Below, piece by piece: positions 23,541 through 36,082 of a DNA stretch of 49,953 nucleotides. Below the pieces are notes generated by a model that was not told the DNA's origin, searched no databases, and was given only the letters and a program-made list of their open reading frames with translations. The position numbers were made by a program, and so were the translations under genes. How positions within the stretch are numbered: the stretch's first letter is position 1; every line of letters starts with the position of its first letter. Source of the DNA: Mesotaenium endlicherianum (taxonomy: Eukaryota); contig WELA01000374.1 of NCBI GenBank assembly GCA_009602735.1, forward strand, positions 222,221-272,173, read 5' to 3'.

Positions 23541-26036
23541 CTATTTTGGTTTCCGCTTCGTCTTGAACATGGCAACGAGCCTATCGATGGTTTTGACGGC
23601 CTTGTAAGCTTCCGGGTCGCGTTTTGCCAGGCCCTCGTACTCCTCGGCTCCGCGAGGGCTCGCCATCGGGCTCTTCCCGCTGTTGCCCGGGCTCAGAAGT
23701 TTCCTAGCGTTTTTGCTGCTGCCACTGCTTGAGGCATTGGCCAAAACCTGCCCGTCTCCTCCGGACACCTGACTATCGCTCCTACCTCCTCCCCCATTCC
23801 CGACCCTTGGTGACCCTCTGCTATCCCCCCCTTGGCCTCCTTTGTTACTCGTAGTATCGCTCAAATTGCTTCCTCCATGCCCATCACGCCCGTTTTCTAG
23901 GGCGCTCCCAGCCCACGATCGACCAGATCCTGGGGACGGGGACGGTCCAAGGGGCGCCACGTGGCTGCCGCTACCGCCCCCGGCGTCCCCTGCTCCTCCT
24001 CCTCCTGTTGCTTGCACTTCCACTTCTGCTCCCCACTTTGCTTTCTGAGAGCCTACTTGCGGACCAGGAGCACTGCGAGAGGAAGAGGGCAGGAATGAAA
24101 AGTCCCACGCATCCTCTTCCTCCTCCTCCTCCTCTGCATTCTTTCGGGACTGGGAGTGTGGGTCCACGCGACTTGCAGCCCCCCCGCCCCCGTTGCCGGC
24201 CACGAGCTGTTGGTTGCCGGCAGTCCTCGCATCGCCTGTACTCGCCAAAGAACAAAAAAGGAAAAAAGGAAAAGAAAAGAGCTCGACAAGAAGAAAAAAA
24301 GTTTAAATGCTCTGCATTTGCACCAGCTGTCATTGAAGGGAGAAGCGCCCGCCTTGGTGCCACCTCAGCTTTCCTCGTCACTGATTTGGAGTCCTCGTCC
24401 TCGCTGCTCGGTACATGCACAACTGCAAGAACTTGCCGCACACGTCGTATGGCGTCCATTGCGATGCAATGTGTTGCTCGCAGACACATGCAGTCGCGAG
24501 TTTCAAGCACGCGCACTGTGGATCTATGTAAACAGGCCTACCGAAACAAATCGCACTACACATGCACATCATTGCTGCCTCCATACGGCGACACATTCAT
24601 TCACACGCCCACGCACATATACACGCACATAAGGAGGGTGACGAGGGCGAGGGCAAGGGCGGGGGCAGGGGCGGGAAGGAAAGGCAAGGCAAAGGGAAGG
24701 GAAAGGAATGTGGGGTGGGGGAGCACACCGAGCTTTTCCAAGGATAATTTGAATAACCCAGCAACAAAGGTTTATACATGCGGAAAGTTGGCTGCATGGA
24801 GAGCCCTCAGCCCTTTATCAGAAATGTTATTACACTAATTACCATACCATATATACATATGTATATGGGGTAGCGTAATATGAATGATACCATAATGTAT
24901 ATAGTAGCATGTGGTGCTCTTTGTTTGAGAAAGATATAAGGATAAACACTCCCCCCCCCCCTCATTCTTATACCCCCCTCCTGCCCCCCATCCCTGCTCT
25001 CCCCTTCCTCTCCTCCCCTTTCTGGCCCTAGCCCCAGCCGCCGCCCCTGCCCCCCGTCCCTTCCCCTACCTTTGTCAGCTCATACCATCCTTTTGGGCGC
25101 TCTTTGCGCACAGCTCCCAAAGACAGCATGTTACTTCAACACTCCCGCTCGACAGGTGGCAGGCTGTTGGGCCTGTCTTAGAACCCCCAGCACTGCCTGA
25201 GGGACCCAGAAGCGAATGCTGGAGGTCTCGACGCCGCCCGGCTCCCCATCACTTTTTGGACGATGTGGGCATTGTTGGAGTTTGGGTCATTGACATGAGG
25301 CTTCTGTGCCCTCCGTGCCTCGGCCTCTCCCGCAGCCGCTGGGAGCATGGAGCCGTAGGGTCTGGGTGGACTTGGGATTGCTCTGTGAGCCTCGGGAGGT
25401 TCGAGGTGGGCAAAGCACGAGTGCATTTTCATGGATCATAAGAGAGAAAGAGAGAGAGAGAGAGAGAGCGCACGCGTGCATTGCGTCGCGTCGCGTCCGA
25501 GCGCAAGCTGACCCGTGCAGAGGGGTGCAAAGCGGTGCAAAGCGGTGCGCAGTGGACTTGCCGTTGTCGACACTGGCAAAATTGCCAGGAAGACAAGTCT
25601 TGGAAGTTGGCCGTTACACATAAGAAAAAAACAACATACAGGGCCGCTCTCTCGGAGAGACACACACATACATGATACACACACACACACACACACACAA
25701 TACGCAGAGAGAGAGGGACAAAAGCACACAAATGCATGTACCCAACACATATACATGTGCACATACATAGATAGATACGTAGATGGGAGTGTGGCTGTGT
25801 CCATGGTCCATGGTATGAGGAAGATAGAACAAAAGAGAACGAGTACCTTGCATGCCACTGGCGGTGGCTCCCCCCTCCCCCTCCCGCGCCTCCAGAGCCT
25901 GATGCAGCCGCCAGCTCTCCAGCATGGCGGCCCTCACACGCACGTAGAAGGGCTCAGATTGCACCAGCTGGCGGAAGATGGCACCGGCGCCCTTGCCGCC
26001 CTTCCACGCCTCCAGGATAGCCTGCAAGCCCACATT

Positions 26037-26129
<93 letters not shown>

Positions 26130-26725
26130 NCATCCGGACGTTCAGGAGAAGCACAGAAACGTTGACATTAGTGGTTCACATCAACATCTGGGAGCAGACA
26201 GAAAGGGCGAGAGGAAGGGATGGTAGGGAGGGTCAGGAACACGGGGGAGTGCGAGGATTGAAAATGAGTTTCACACGAGGTTTGTCCTTGGTATGTTGAC
26301 CCCTGCCAGAAACACAAACGCATGCATGCATGGACACACACACACACACACACATACACACACACACACACACACGCAAGTGCAGCCCTTTTGCCGAGCA
26401 AGGCCGACGCGCGACAGCCTCTCAATGGCAGCACAGACACACGCTGCCAAGGCGGTGATGACAGCTGGCACCACCTTGTCAGGCTGCACGCGCCATGATA
26501 CAGCTGGCACCACAGAAGCTTGTGGCTTGTCGTGACATGCTGACACAGCAGACACACATTCCTCAGCACACACATGCGCATACACACGCGCAAGCATGCT
26601 CGCGCACAGGCGCGCGCGCGTGCTCACACACACACGCACCCACCACCCCCCCCTACACATAGACACACGCACACACACAGACACGCACACGCACGCACAC
26701 ACGCACGCACACACGCACGCACACA

Positions 26726-26757
<32 letters not shown>

Positions 26758-29700
26758 CAGATTGGGAGTGCGCTACACATGCTTCTGTCCAAGTAAGTGG
26801 AGTGGAGGGCATACAAATGCTGGGATGCCAGACAGATGACACAGACCCCCGCCCACTTCAGTCACTTCAGTCACGCCTCAGAAACGGAAAGCAGCAACAC
26901 TGCTCGCATGAGATCCTGTCCATGGTCCTGAGGACGCGGATGAATCGGCATATCGACACCGCGCGTCTCAGCGCTTTCGGGTGTCTGGGTCAAGGCTTGG
27001 TGCAGAAGGTATCCTCCCCCNNNNNNNNNNNNNNNNNNNNNNNNNNNNNNNNNNNNNNNNNNNNNNNNNNNNNNNNNNNCCCCCCGCCCCCGAAAAGGGG
27101 CACATCCCCCATTCAATATCTCTTCTTTCACTCTCCTAGTCCACGGCCAGCTTCGGACATTTGACAGCGTTCAAACATACTTGCTCGTAGACGTACGAGC
27201 GTGCAAGTCAAGAAGCAGGGTGGCGCTCGGGAGCTTGTGCAAGCGGTCGGAGCACTCCGCGGAAAGAACCCGCGCGCGAGCGTCGCGGGCACGCTTACTC
27301 GCCAAGTGTGCCAAGGGTGCATGTGGAAGCATATCGATGCAGTTGTTATGCATGCAGGTGTACATGGGCACACGTAATCACTTCACAATACAAAACACAC
27401 GAGCATAAGAGCGATGGAAGGGGGGCGTGTGCATGCGTGCGTGCGCGTTCCTCTGGGAGGGGGGTAGGGGGGAGTGGGCAGTCCCCACCTTGCGCATGAG
27501 CAGGAAGCCTTTGCCGGACAGCTGGCGCGAGATGAAGTTGATGACCCAGGGCGGCACGCCCTCGATCTTTATGTCCATCATCGTTATCACCCTGCAGGCG
27601 CCAGGCATGCTCGCGATTGCAATCGTAAGAACAGCCGCAATCGCAGCCGTAATTGCAGTTGCAATCGCAGTCGCAATCGCAGTTGCAATCACAGTAGTTA
27701 GTAACACCAGTTGCAATTGCAGTTGCAACCGCAGTCGTGACGGCAACTGCACACAATAGCAGACGCAATGGACAGTAGCCATCACGATCGTCGCAAACGC
27801 GCGTCCGCGACTCTGCAGGCGTGGGAGCACAGCCGCGACCGCAGTTGCACCCGCTAGAGTCGCTATCTGACGGACGGGCGTGATCGCACTCTAATGACGC
27901 AGTTGTCATTTTTATGAGCATCGCAAAATACAAGCATTGCGATGGTAAGCGCAACCGCAATCGCGTGTGTTACTTGTGGGCATCGCAATTGCACAGCCAC
28001 AGGTGTCTCTGGAAGTACAAGGGTCGCAACTGCACAGCTGCATCTGGCGCAGCTCTCATTCTTACTACAGCTATCGTAACTGCCACGACCAAATCGGCAT
28101 TTGTTAGTTCAAACATTGCCGATGCAAATCCTTGATCAAAATTGCACAGGCAGGTGCTACTTCAAGTGGCGCAATGACACAGCCACAATCGCGAGTGTCG
28201 CGTGGGGACAGCAGCAATGACAGTTGCAATCGTAAGCGCGGCAAATTGCGATTGCAGCTGCGGCAAGTACAAGCGTTGCAACTCCTCAGCTACACTCGAC
28301 CCGCACTCGCACTCGCACTCGCACTCGCACTCGCACTCGCACTCGCACTTGCAATCTGCAACTGTCACCGCGAGCGCTGCGATCGCATAGCCGCAACAAT
28401 TGCAACTGTAAGTGCGAGGATTGAAACTAATATGAATGTCTTTCTGTATTCGAAAGTTGTGCATGACTTTGAGATGGACACGCTTCCACGTGCGCAGAGT
28501 CAAGCACGCATCACGAGACGTGCACACATACACTCGCACACCCACCCACACACACACACTAGAAAAAACACGTGCACACGCACCCACATGCACACACATA
28601 CATATGCTCAAAGTTGCACGCGCACGTACATATAAACGCTTGAAACTGCAAGCACACGCCCCCCGCATCCCCCTTTCCCCTCTCTCTCCCCCCCGCACGC
28701 GCACACGCGCTCTGGCTACCCAGAAGCCTGACATGTGTCGTGACATGTGTCGTGACAGCTCACACTAGAGTCCAAGGCTACAGCTACCCAGATGTCACGT
28801 CAAAAAAATGGCATATGCCAGGTGTCCAGCTGGAAGCACAGCGGCAAAGCGCCCTTCTGGCAATCAGTCGAGTCTGGTGAGTTGGTGAATGTCCCAATCT
28901 GTTGCCACACAAGCGCGCACACTCATATCTCTGCACGCTTGCACACAATCCGAGACAGCAGCAGGACCTCTCCCCCCCGGGCGACGCACCGGAGGTAGCA
29001 TTTGGTGGGGCTGATTTGACGGACGGCGTAGCCCCCCCTGACCTCCATGCGCACCAGGTGGGCGCCAGATGGCGGCACGTCGTTGGCCGTGAGCCCGCCC
29101 CACTCGGGGCCCCACTCCTCCGAGGACTCCGGCAGCTGCGCCCGTCGAGAACACGCAACACCACCTTGTTAACATAAGGTAGCACGCACATCTACCCGTA
29201 CAAACACACACAGATATATCTACATATAGACGTACACATACGTATGTATATGTGTGCGTATTTGTATGTACATCTATATGTATATCTATGCATGTGTAGA
29301 TGTGTGCTCGTCAATATACAAACCGACTGACATGCAATCAATGCGTGTACTACAAAACCATACACGTCTTCACGTGTATATGTGGCTATTATACATACAT
29401 ACGACTGAAGGGAGTGCCCCTCGCCAAGGGTAGCGTGCGTGCGTGTGCCCATTGCGTCAGGATCAACAGCAAGCCTCGGCAATTAGGGGCTGGTCCTGAA
29501 GGAAATCGAGGACGCTCTGGGGGTAGGGTGTCAAATGGAGGGGTTCAAATTTTAGGGTTTAAGTTCAGCATTTTGGGTCAGGTTTTTGGAAACGTGCGAG
29601 GCGTGCAGATGACAAGGGAAAGCCCCCGGCAATCTGCACGCGGGGCGGGATTGGAGGAACCCTTGCGCGAGATTTGACAAGAAGGGTGCATTAGAGCTTG

Positions 29701-30927
29701 GGATTTCAGAAGTTTTATGGTTTTAACGTTTTAGGGTTTGAGGGCCTGAAAGTGCGGAGGGCGCCAGATGGCCAGGGGTAGGTCGCAGCTGAAGAAACGC
29801 GTCCGGGGCTTGCCAGCAAAGGGTGGGGCTAGCGAGTCGGTCAACTGCAGGTTGCTGCAGATCTAGGGTGCGAGGTTCCAGGTTTATGTTTGTGTCTGCG
29901 TCTGTGTCTGTGCTTGTGTGCGTTTGAGTCTGACTTTTGGGGTGCTGACGGTGCGCAGTGTACAGGTGGCGGCGCGCGTTCACTTTCAGGTTGGAGATAG
30001 AGAACGCACTCCTCTCACACTCGTGGAATACAAAAAGTCGGAGCTTGAGATCTACCTTGGGACACCTCCTGTTTGGGGAACGGAGCTCCAGGCCTATGTT
30101 TCGGGTTCTGGGTTTAGAGGGGACCAGGGTGTAGCGTTGCCCGCTTTGAGGGGATCAGGGTGTAGGGTTTGGTTGGGCTAGGGGCTAGGGCTTTAGGGGA
30201 TCAAAGTCTGAGGTTTAGGGTTGAGGGGGACTGACGGTGCGCAGGGTGCAGATGGCGAGGCCGGTGGGCGCGTGGTAGAGCGCCGTCGCCATCACCGCAA
30301 AGTCGCGCGGTGCCAGCGGCCACGGCACCTTCATCCTGCCCCCCCCNNNNNNNNNNNNNNNNNNNNNNNNNNNNNNNNNNNNNNNNNNNNNNNNNNNNNN
30401 NNNNNNNNNNNNNNNNNNNNNNNNNNNNNNNNNNNNNNNNNNNNNNNNNNNNNNNNNNNNNNNNNNNNNNNNNNNNNNNNNNNNNNNNNNNNNNNNNNNN
30501 NNNNNNNNNNNNNNNNNNNNNNNNNNNNNNNNNNNNNNNNNNNNNNNNNNNNNNNNNNNNNNNNNNNNNNNNNNNNNNNNNNNNNNNNNNNNNNNNNNNN
30601 NNNNNNNNNNNNNNNNNNNNNNNNNNNCCCCCCCCCCCCCCCAAAAAAAAAACCAACGCACACACCCATGCACACACCTGCTAGCACACACCTGCTAGCA
30701 CACACCCCTGCACGCACGCCCCCAAGCTCATGTGCCCAACACGCCCCCATGCTCCTGCCACGCCCTCTGCAGACCGCCGCATGCTCACCCTGCGTACACC
30801 CCATTGGGCGTCCGCGCCGCGTGTGCGTGTTTACGAGGCCATCGAGGGAGTCCCAGAGTGCCAAGACCGCACGCGGGCAAGATACCCATGTGTGAGCCTG
30901 TGTACCAGAGTTGCTCTCTGTGTGTAT

Positions 30928-30965
<38 letters not shown>

Positions 30966-33900
30966 GCGCGTGTGAGTGTGCATGTTTGTGCATGTGTGTC
31001 TGTGTGCGTGAGCGTGCGGGTGTGTGTATGCCTGTATGTGCATGTGCATGCTTGCGTTAGTGTGTGTACGTGTATGTGTATGGAGTTTGTGAGCTTGTGC
31101 GTGTATCTTATGTGTATGTGACGCGTGTGCGTGTGCGTGTGTGTGTGTGCGCGCGTGCGTGTTGGTACATGCCTGCATGTGCAGACTGCTCCTTCTCTGC
31201 GAGCGCGACGGCAGACGAGCATCAGAAAACAGAGCACCGCCGCCAGTCATGCTATTGAGGAGTGGAACACTCTTCCGCACCTTCTACACTCTCAGCCGTC
31301 ATACTCAGGCATAATTCACCCGATAATGAAAAGCCCGCCACCTGGCACTGCCGCCCGGCCCCGGCACACCTGGCACGCCCGGCGTGTCCGCGCCCACGGG
31401 CAACGTGTGGGGAGCCATTGGTGCGGCCACATTGCGGCCGTCGTTTGCAACCGGAGCAGGACAGGTGTGCAGTGAGGCCAGGTCGGCGCTAGAGAACCGA
31501 GGGAAGAGGTGCGAAGTCAGAGCATGCGATAGGAACAGCCAAGGGAGGACCTCCTGGAAGACTCCCTCCTTGGCGTATTCACTGCAAGGCGTGGAGAAAG
31601 GCTCATGATTGGGGCCCAAGGGGCACATGTTTGGGTTTGCTTCGGGTTCGGGTTTGGGTCGGGGCTTGAGTTTGGGTATTGGTTCGTGTTTGAGTTTGGG
31701 GTGTCAGATCCTGAATCTCGCAAGCAAGCAGTTGAAGAACTTTACAAACGGCTGGAGGGACGAGAGAGGCGGAGTGGGAGAGGGAGAAGGAGAGGGAGGC
31801 GGAGAGGGAGGCGGAGAGCGAGAGGGAGAATACAGACCCGAGGGTATGCATTGAGTTTGAAGGTCTCAGGTTGTGGATGACAACTGAAGAAGGAGAGCGA
31901 GGGGGGGGGGGGCAGGGCAGGGCAAGGACAGGGGCTGGGCCTAAGGCAGGGCCTAGAGAGGGGGAGGTTGTACTGGCAGGTGTGAAGGATGCGAAAGAAG
32001 CACCTTATCTAGGCACATTCGAGTCTCAGAGTGAGGTTTGCCTCAGACTGTGGCTCTGGAGGGGGCNAGCGAGGGGGGGGGGGAGAGGGCAGGGGGTAGG
32101 GGAGGGGAAAGAGCAAGTGAGAGGGGAGGGGAAAGGCGAGGCAGAGCGTGAAGGGGAGGAGGAGGAGGAGGGGGAGGAGGGGGGGGCTTACTTGACATAG
32201 GTGGCGTCGTTTCCTGGCGCCAGCCGCTTGAGATACCGCGACTCCGTCATCTTGAAGGGCGGCACCGAGAACTGCGGCCACCTGGCGCCGTTCGGAGACC
32301 GCCACGTGTGGCGACGCGGTGTCGCGGACGCAGAGGACAGGGCGTTAGGTTTACGGTTGGCATTAGGGTCGGCATTAGCTTGCTCGGGGCTAGCGTTACA
32401 AGTTTGGTAGCGAAGGATTTTAAAACTAGGGCGTTTTTTCGTTCAGCGTTAGATACGCTAGATTTACAGTTTTAGTGTACCACAACAAAAAAAAATATTT
32501 CAAGGTCAGCAATGACATCCCAGCCCCGATCCTCAAACACTAAAACCCTAAGCCGAAGCTCATGGACCTAGAGCCCGGACGGAATGAGACAGCTGGCAAC
32601 AGCTCTGGCAGCCGCGGCCCCACATGTGCGCGCATGGGACACGAAAGTCTGCGACACAAGATTACTTCAAACTCTGCAGAGGTTCATTCGTCATATTACC
32701 CATTGTTGTCTATCGCTTTGTTGATTCTTCTTCTTTACATGCAGAGGGAACCACGAGTGCCCAACAAATGCATCCATACACGTGAATGTGCGCACGTACT
32801 GGTAAGCTCATGTACGCGTGTGCCTATCGAGGCGAGTGCAAGGCAAAAGAAACAGAACCGAAACAACCTGACACTCGGATGCAGGCCCTTCAGATACTTT
32901 CTTATCACAGAAAAAGGACGATGGGTGGCGAGGGCTGAGCTGGCAGTACCATTCTCTGAAGAGGCTGACCTCCAGCATCACGCACAGCGCTGCCACGTGG
33001 CATGCCAAGCACGCCCGCCCAGAGGGAGGCGGAGTCAGGCTGAGAGCCACGAGAGGAGATACCATTTGCAGTTCCCCAAAGACTGAACCTTAAACCCGGG
33101 AAGTTGTCGTGTACATGCTCAATGCAAACTAAACCCGGGAAGTTGTCGTGTACATGCTCAATGCGAACGCGACAGTATGCATGCAAGCGTGGATTCCAGA
33201 GCGGAAGCAGCAGCAGCAGAATCTCAAGGTCACGGTTCTAAAGGGGCGGATCTTGGGTAGGGTGAGGGCCCGGCATTTGCAGGCTGGAAGGATTGACTGC
33301 CACGTGGACCAGATCCTAACCTCCGGAACCCGCGCCCACAGCGGACATTCAAACCCGACCCTGCATCTGAACCCTAAAGCCAGAGGAGGAACAGAGAGAA
33401 AGCGAGGGAGTTACCGAGGTCCACGGGGCCGTCGATGACGCCCTCCAGGCAGATCTCGTGCAGCAGCGTGCCCACGGGCCCTGGGCGGTACAGCACGCGG
33501 TACATGCCCGTGTCGTCCTTCAGCTGCCGCCAGCCCGCCGCCCGCCCGCAGCACGCAAGTATATGCACAGAATGCATGCGCGCAGAGATAGAGAGAGCAG
33601 ATAAGTCGGCCCACATGCGTGTGCACAAGCCCCACACGCACGCACGCACGCACGCGCGCCTGCATGCACGCACGCGCAGACCCAGCTGTCCCGCACACAC
33701 GATGCATGCGCACGCCCGCAGCAGCTGGCGCTCTCTTGTTAGCGCCAAAACAGAACGTCTCTCCCTCTCAGTCTCCCTCTCCCTCTCCCGCCTCCCTCTC
33801 CTGCCTTTTCCCAAGCTACAGCACATTGCGTCAAACTTCATATTTCAAAGATGTGCATCGCTGTCAGCCCAAGCACTCCCCTCACGTCTAATACAAACCC

Positions 33901-35238
33901 TGCCCCTAACACCCCACCCTAAACCTGCAGGCCCTGTCCCCTTAGGCTATAGCACATCCCTTGGTGATCGTTAGAGGAGTGTACAGCTGTCAGCCCAAGC
34001 ACTCCCCCCACGTCCAACACAAACCCTGCCCCTGACATCCAAACCTGAGTGCGTACGCTCTAACCCTGATTTTAAAAAACAATTGTCTTTCCAGCGCCAG
34101 CGCTGACCCCCTTCCTTAACTCGTGTACCACTGATGGGATCTTCCCTATCCTGTGCAGGTGCGAAAAGAGCCTTCAATGGAGTGAATCGCTGTCAGCCCG
34201 AGCGATACCCGAATACCGGATCCGAGCCCACCCCCGGCACCCTAACCATGACGTTTCTGAATCCTTCACCTTCCTACGCCAGAACTGACCCTCTTCTTCA
34301 ACTCAAGCGCTTCAACTTGAGCACTGATGAGCCTTTTCCCAACCTGTCACTTAACCTGTCACCTAACCTGTCAAGGTGTGAACAGAACTATCAGCACGCT
34401 GACTCAGCCGATGAAGTGCCAAGTGCTACCTCTACGAGGGGAGAGGAAAGGGGAGAGTGCGAAGAGAGGAAGGAGGGGGAAGCGGGGAGGGGGAGAGAGG
34501 GGTGGGGGGGCTTTTGTGACGCTGATTGGTGGGAGACATGCACACCTGGCGGTGGGAGACATGCACCTGGCGTCATCTCGACGAGAGTCGGGAGAGGGTC
34601 CGAGGATGCGCAGCGCAGGGTCAAGCTCAGACGTGGACCGGAACAAAGGTGTAGAAATTCTATTTTTTTGCAGGTTTTGATTTCAAGGTTTAGGCGACTT
34701 AAGATTTTGATGAGATTCAGTCACCGTGCCATATGAGGGCTGCCTTTGGTGCAAGGCTCCCCCCCAGGGCTGGAATCTCATGAGCTCAACCCTGAACCCA
34801 GAAACCCTAAAACGTGAACCGGCACCCTTAACCCTAACCCTCAACCCTAAATGCTTAACCCGAAGCCCTAAACTGGACGTCTGAACCCTTAGCAACCTGC
34901 GGTCAGGGGCCTGAGGCCGACTTGCAGGCTATCGTGCACCTCGCTCCCAACCGCCATCGAGACGCGGGGGCCAGGCAAGTCAGGTGCTGATGGAGGGGCG
35001 CGATAGGGTCTGGGTTTTAGCTTAGGTTTAGGTTACAGTTCAGGTTTTAAGGGTTTCGGGTTTACGTTTAGGGTTTAGAAAGTTTTTTAAAATCAATTTA
35101 ACAAATGTGTAATCAAATACTGGGGGTTCTTGGGACGAACAGTGGGCGGGGATTGCTGGGGGTAGACGACAAGCCCTGAGTCCCTAAAACCTTAACGGGC
35201 AGGCAAATGATGGAAGCAGGGAGACAATGCACACAGAG

Positions 35239-35273
<35 letters not shown>

Positions 35274-36082
35274 CACACGCACACGCACATGCACACGTAT
35301 ACACACACACGCACACACACGCACACGCGCACACCTTCCAGTCGCGCGTGGTGTGGAGGCCCTCCGCGTCCTTCTCCGAGAACTCGAGGCTGCCCGTGTG
35401 CTCGCCGCCCGCGCTGCGGATGGCCGCCAGCGCGTTGCTGAGGTCATCCGCCGCCCGCTCCAGCGCCGCCTCGCTCAGCGGCTCTGCCGCCCACACGTAC
35501 ATATTCACATACTAAAATTCGCGCATTCTACATGTTATACACACTAATGTCAACGTGATATACATACACTACAAGCATTCACCCTTGCATGTAACAAGAG
35601 AGGTACAATGACAAAACTCTGGCGTTGTGGTACACCAATTGAGTGTTCGTTATCAGAGTGCTTTAATCCACACACGCTCCGTGCCTGCAGGACAGAGGAA
35701 CATCCAAAACTTAAACTACAGACCCTAAAATCCTGACCCGCATGGAAACCGAGTGACCTACCAGAGGCGGCACTCATCAGTCCATGCATGCTCCATATTT
35801 GGTCCTACAGGGCAGGGAAAGTCCAAAACCCGAAACCTTCAGAAATTGAGTCACCGACGCGGACCAACCTTTGGGCAGCTGCGGGGTTCTGCTCGAGGAA
35901 GCGCTCTTGGCGGGGCCCTTGCTGGACCCGCTCGAGCGAGCGCTCGCATTGCAGGCCTCCAGCTCCTCCGGGCTGGGCTGCTTCAGGCATGCTCTGACGA
36001 TCTCAGTCAGGGAGGAGCGCTCGCTCAACGCAGGATCGCTCAGCGATGCGTCCAGCATGGCACGGCCCTCGTGCAGCCCCAT
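23541..36082 (-). CDS. START-like / SRPBCC (polyketide cyclase/dehydrase-lipid transport superfamily) protein, plant-type
   Basis: Minus-strand exons 36082-35869, 35483-35335 (..RDWK), 33523-33415 ([33 protein letters not shown]), 32989-32950 ([14 protein letters not shown]), 32281-32192 ([10 protein letters not shown]..), 30335-30236 ([12 protein letters not shown]..), 29135-28990 (..[15 protein letters not shown]), 27591-27489 ([25 protein letters not shown]), 26021-25847, 24422-24324, 24235-23541 (stop). All junction phases are consistent. WPLxPRDF and VPPWxINF are START-type signatures. An extra exon near 25150-25340 is possible. Confidence 0.9.
26039..26129. repeat. Poly-C run (~90 nt) ending at single N; probable assembly artefact
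   Basis: Homopolymer abutting an N join. A second similar run lies at 39908-40001. Confidence 0.7.
27610..28410. repeat. Low-complexity TGCAA/TCGCA-rich intronic repeat including (TCGCAC)n
   Basis: Dense gcaatcgca, ttgcaa and gcagttgca words, with a near-perfect (cgcact)n run at about 28302-28349. Confidence 0.8.
33091..33164. repeat. Perfect 35-bp direct duplication (period 39)
   Basis: taaacccgggaagttgtcgtgtacatgctcaatgc at 33091 and 33130. Confidence 0.95.
33860..34047. repeat. Imperfect ~65-bp direct repeat
   Basis: gctgtcagcccaagcactcccc..cacgtc.aa.acaaaccctgcccct at 33860 and 33986. A weaker third start lies near 34189. Confidence 0.85.
34788..35078. repeat. Degenerate telomere-like (CCCTAAA / TTTAGGG) tracts in opposite orientations
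   Basis: aaccctaa-type words at 34788-34897 and tttagggtt-type words at 35004-35078. Confidence 0.75.

Noticed and set aside
25954..26299. Poly-Pro/poly-Gly ORFs (also 39771-40287)
   Set aside because: Translations of poly-C runs that end at N joins; probable sequencing or assembly artefacts.
26871..27371. Coding-looking GC-rich stretches flanking gap 27021-27079
   Set aside because: START exons 27489 and 26021 already join in phase, and the translations have no recognisable motif.
28990..29135. Apparent frameshift in a START-gene exon
   Set aside because: On recount the exon is 146 nt (phase 0 to 2) and reads through [22 protein letters not shown] without a frameshift.
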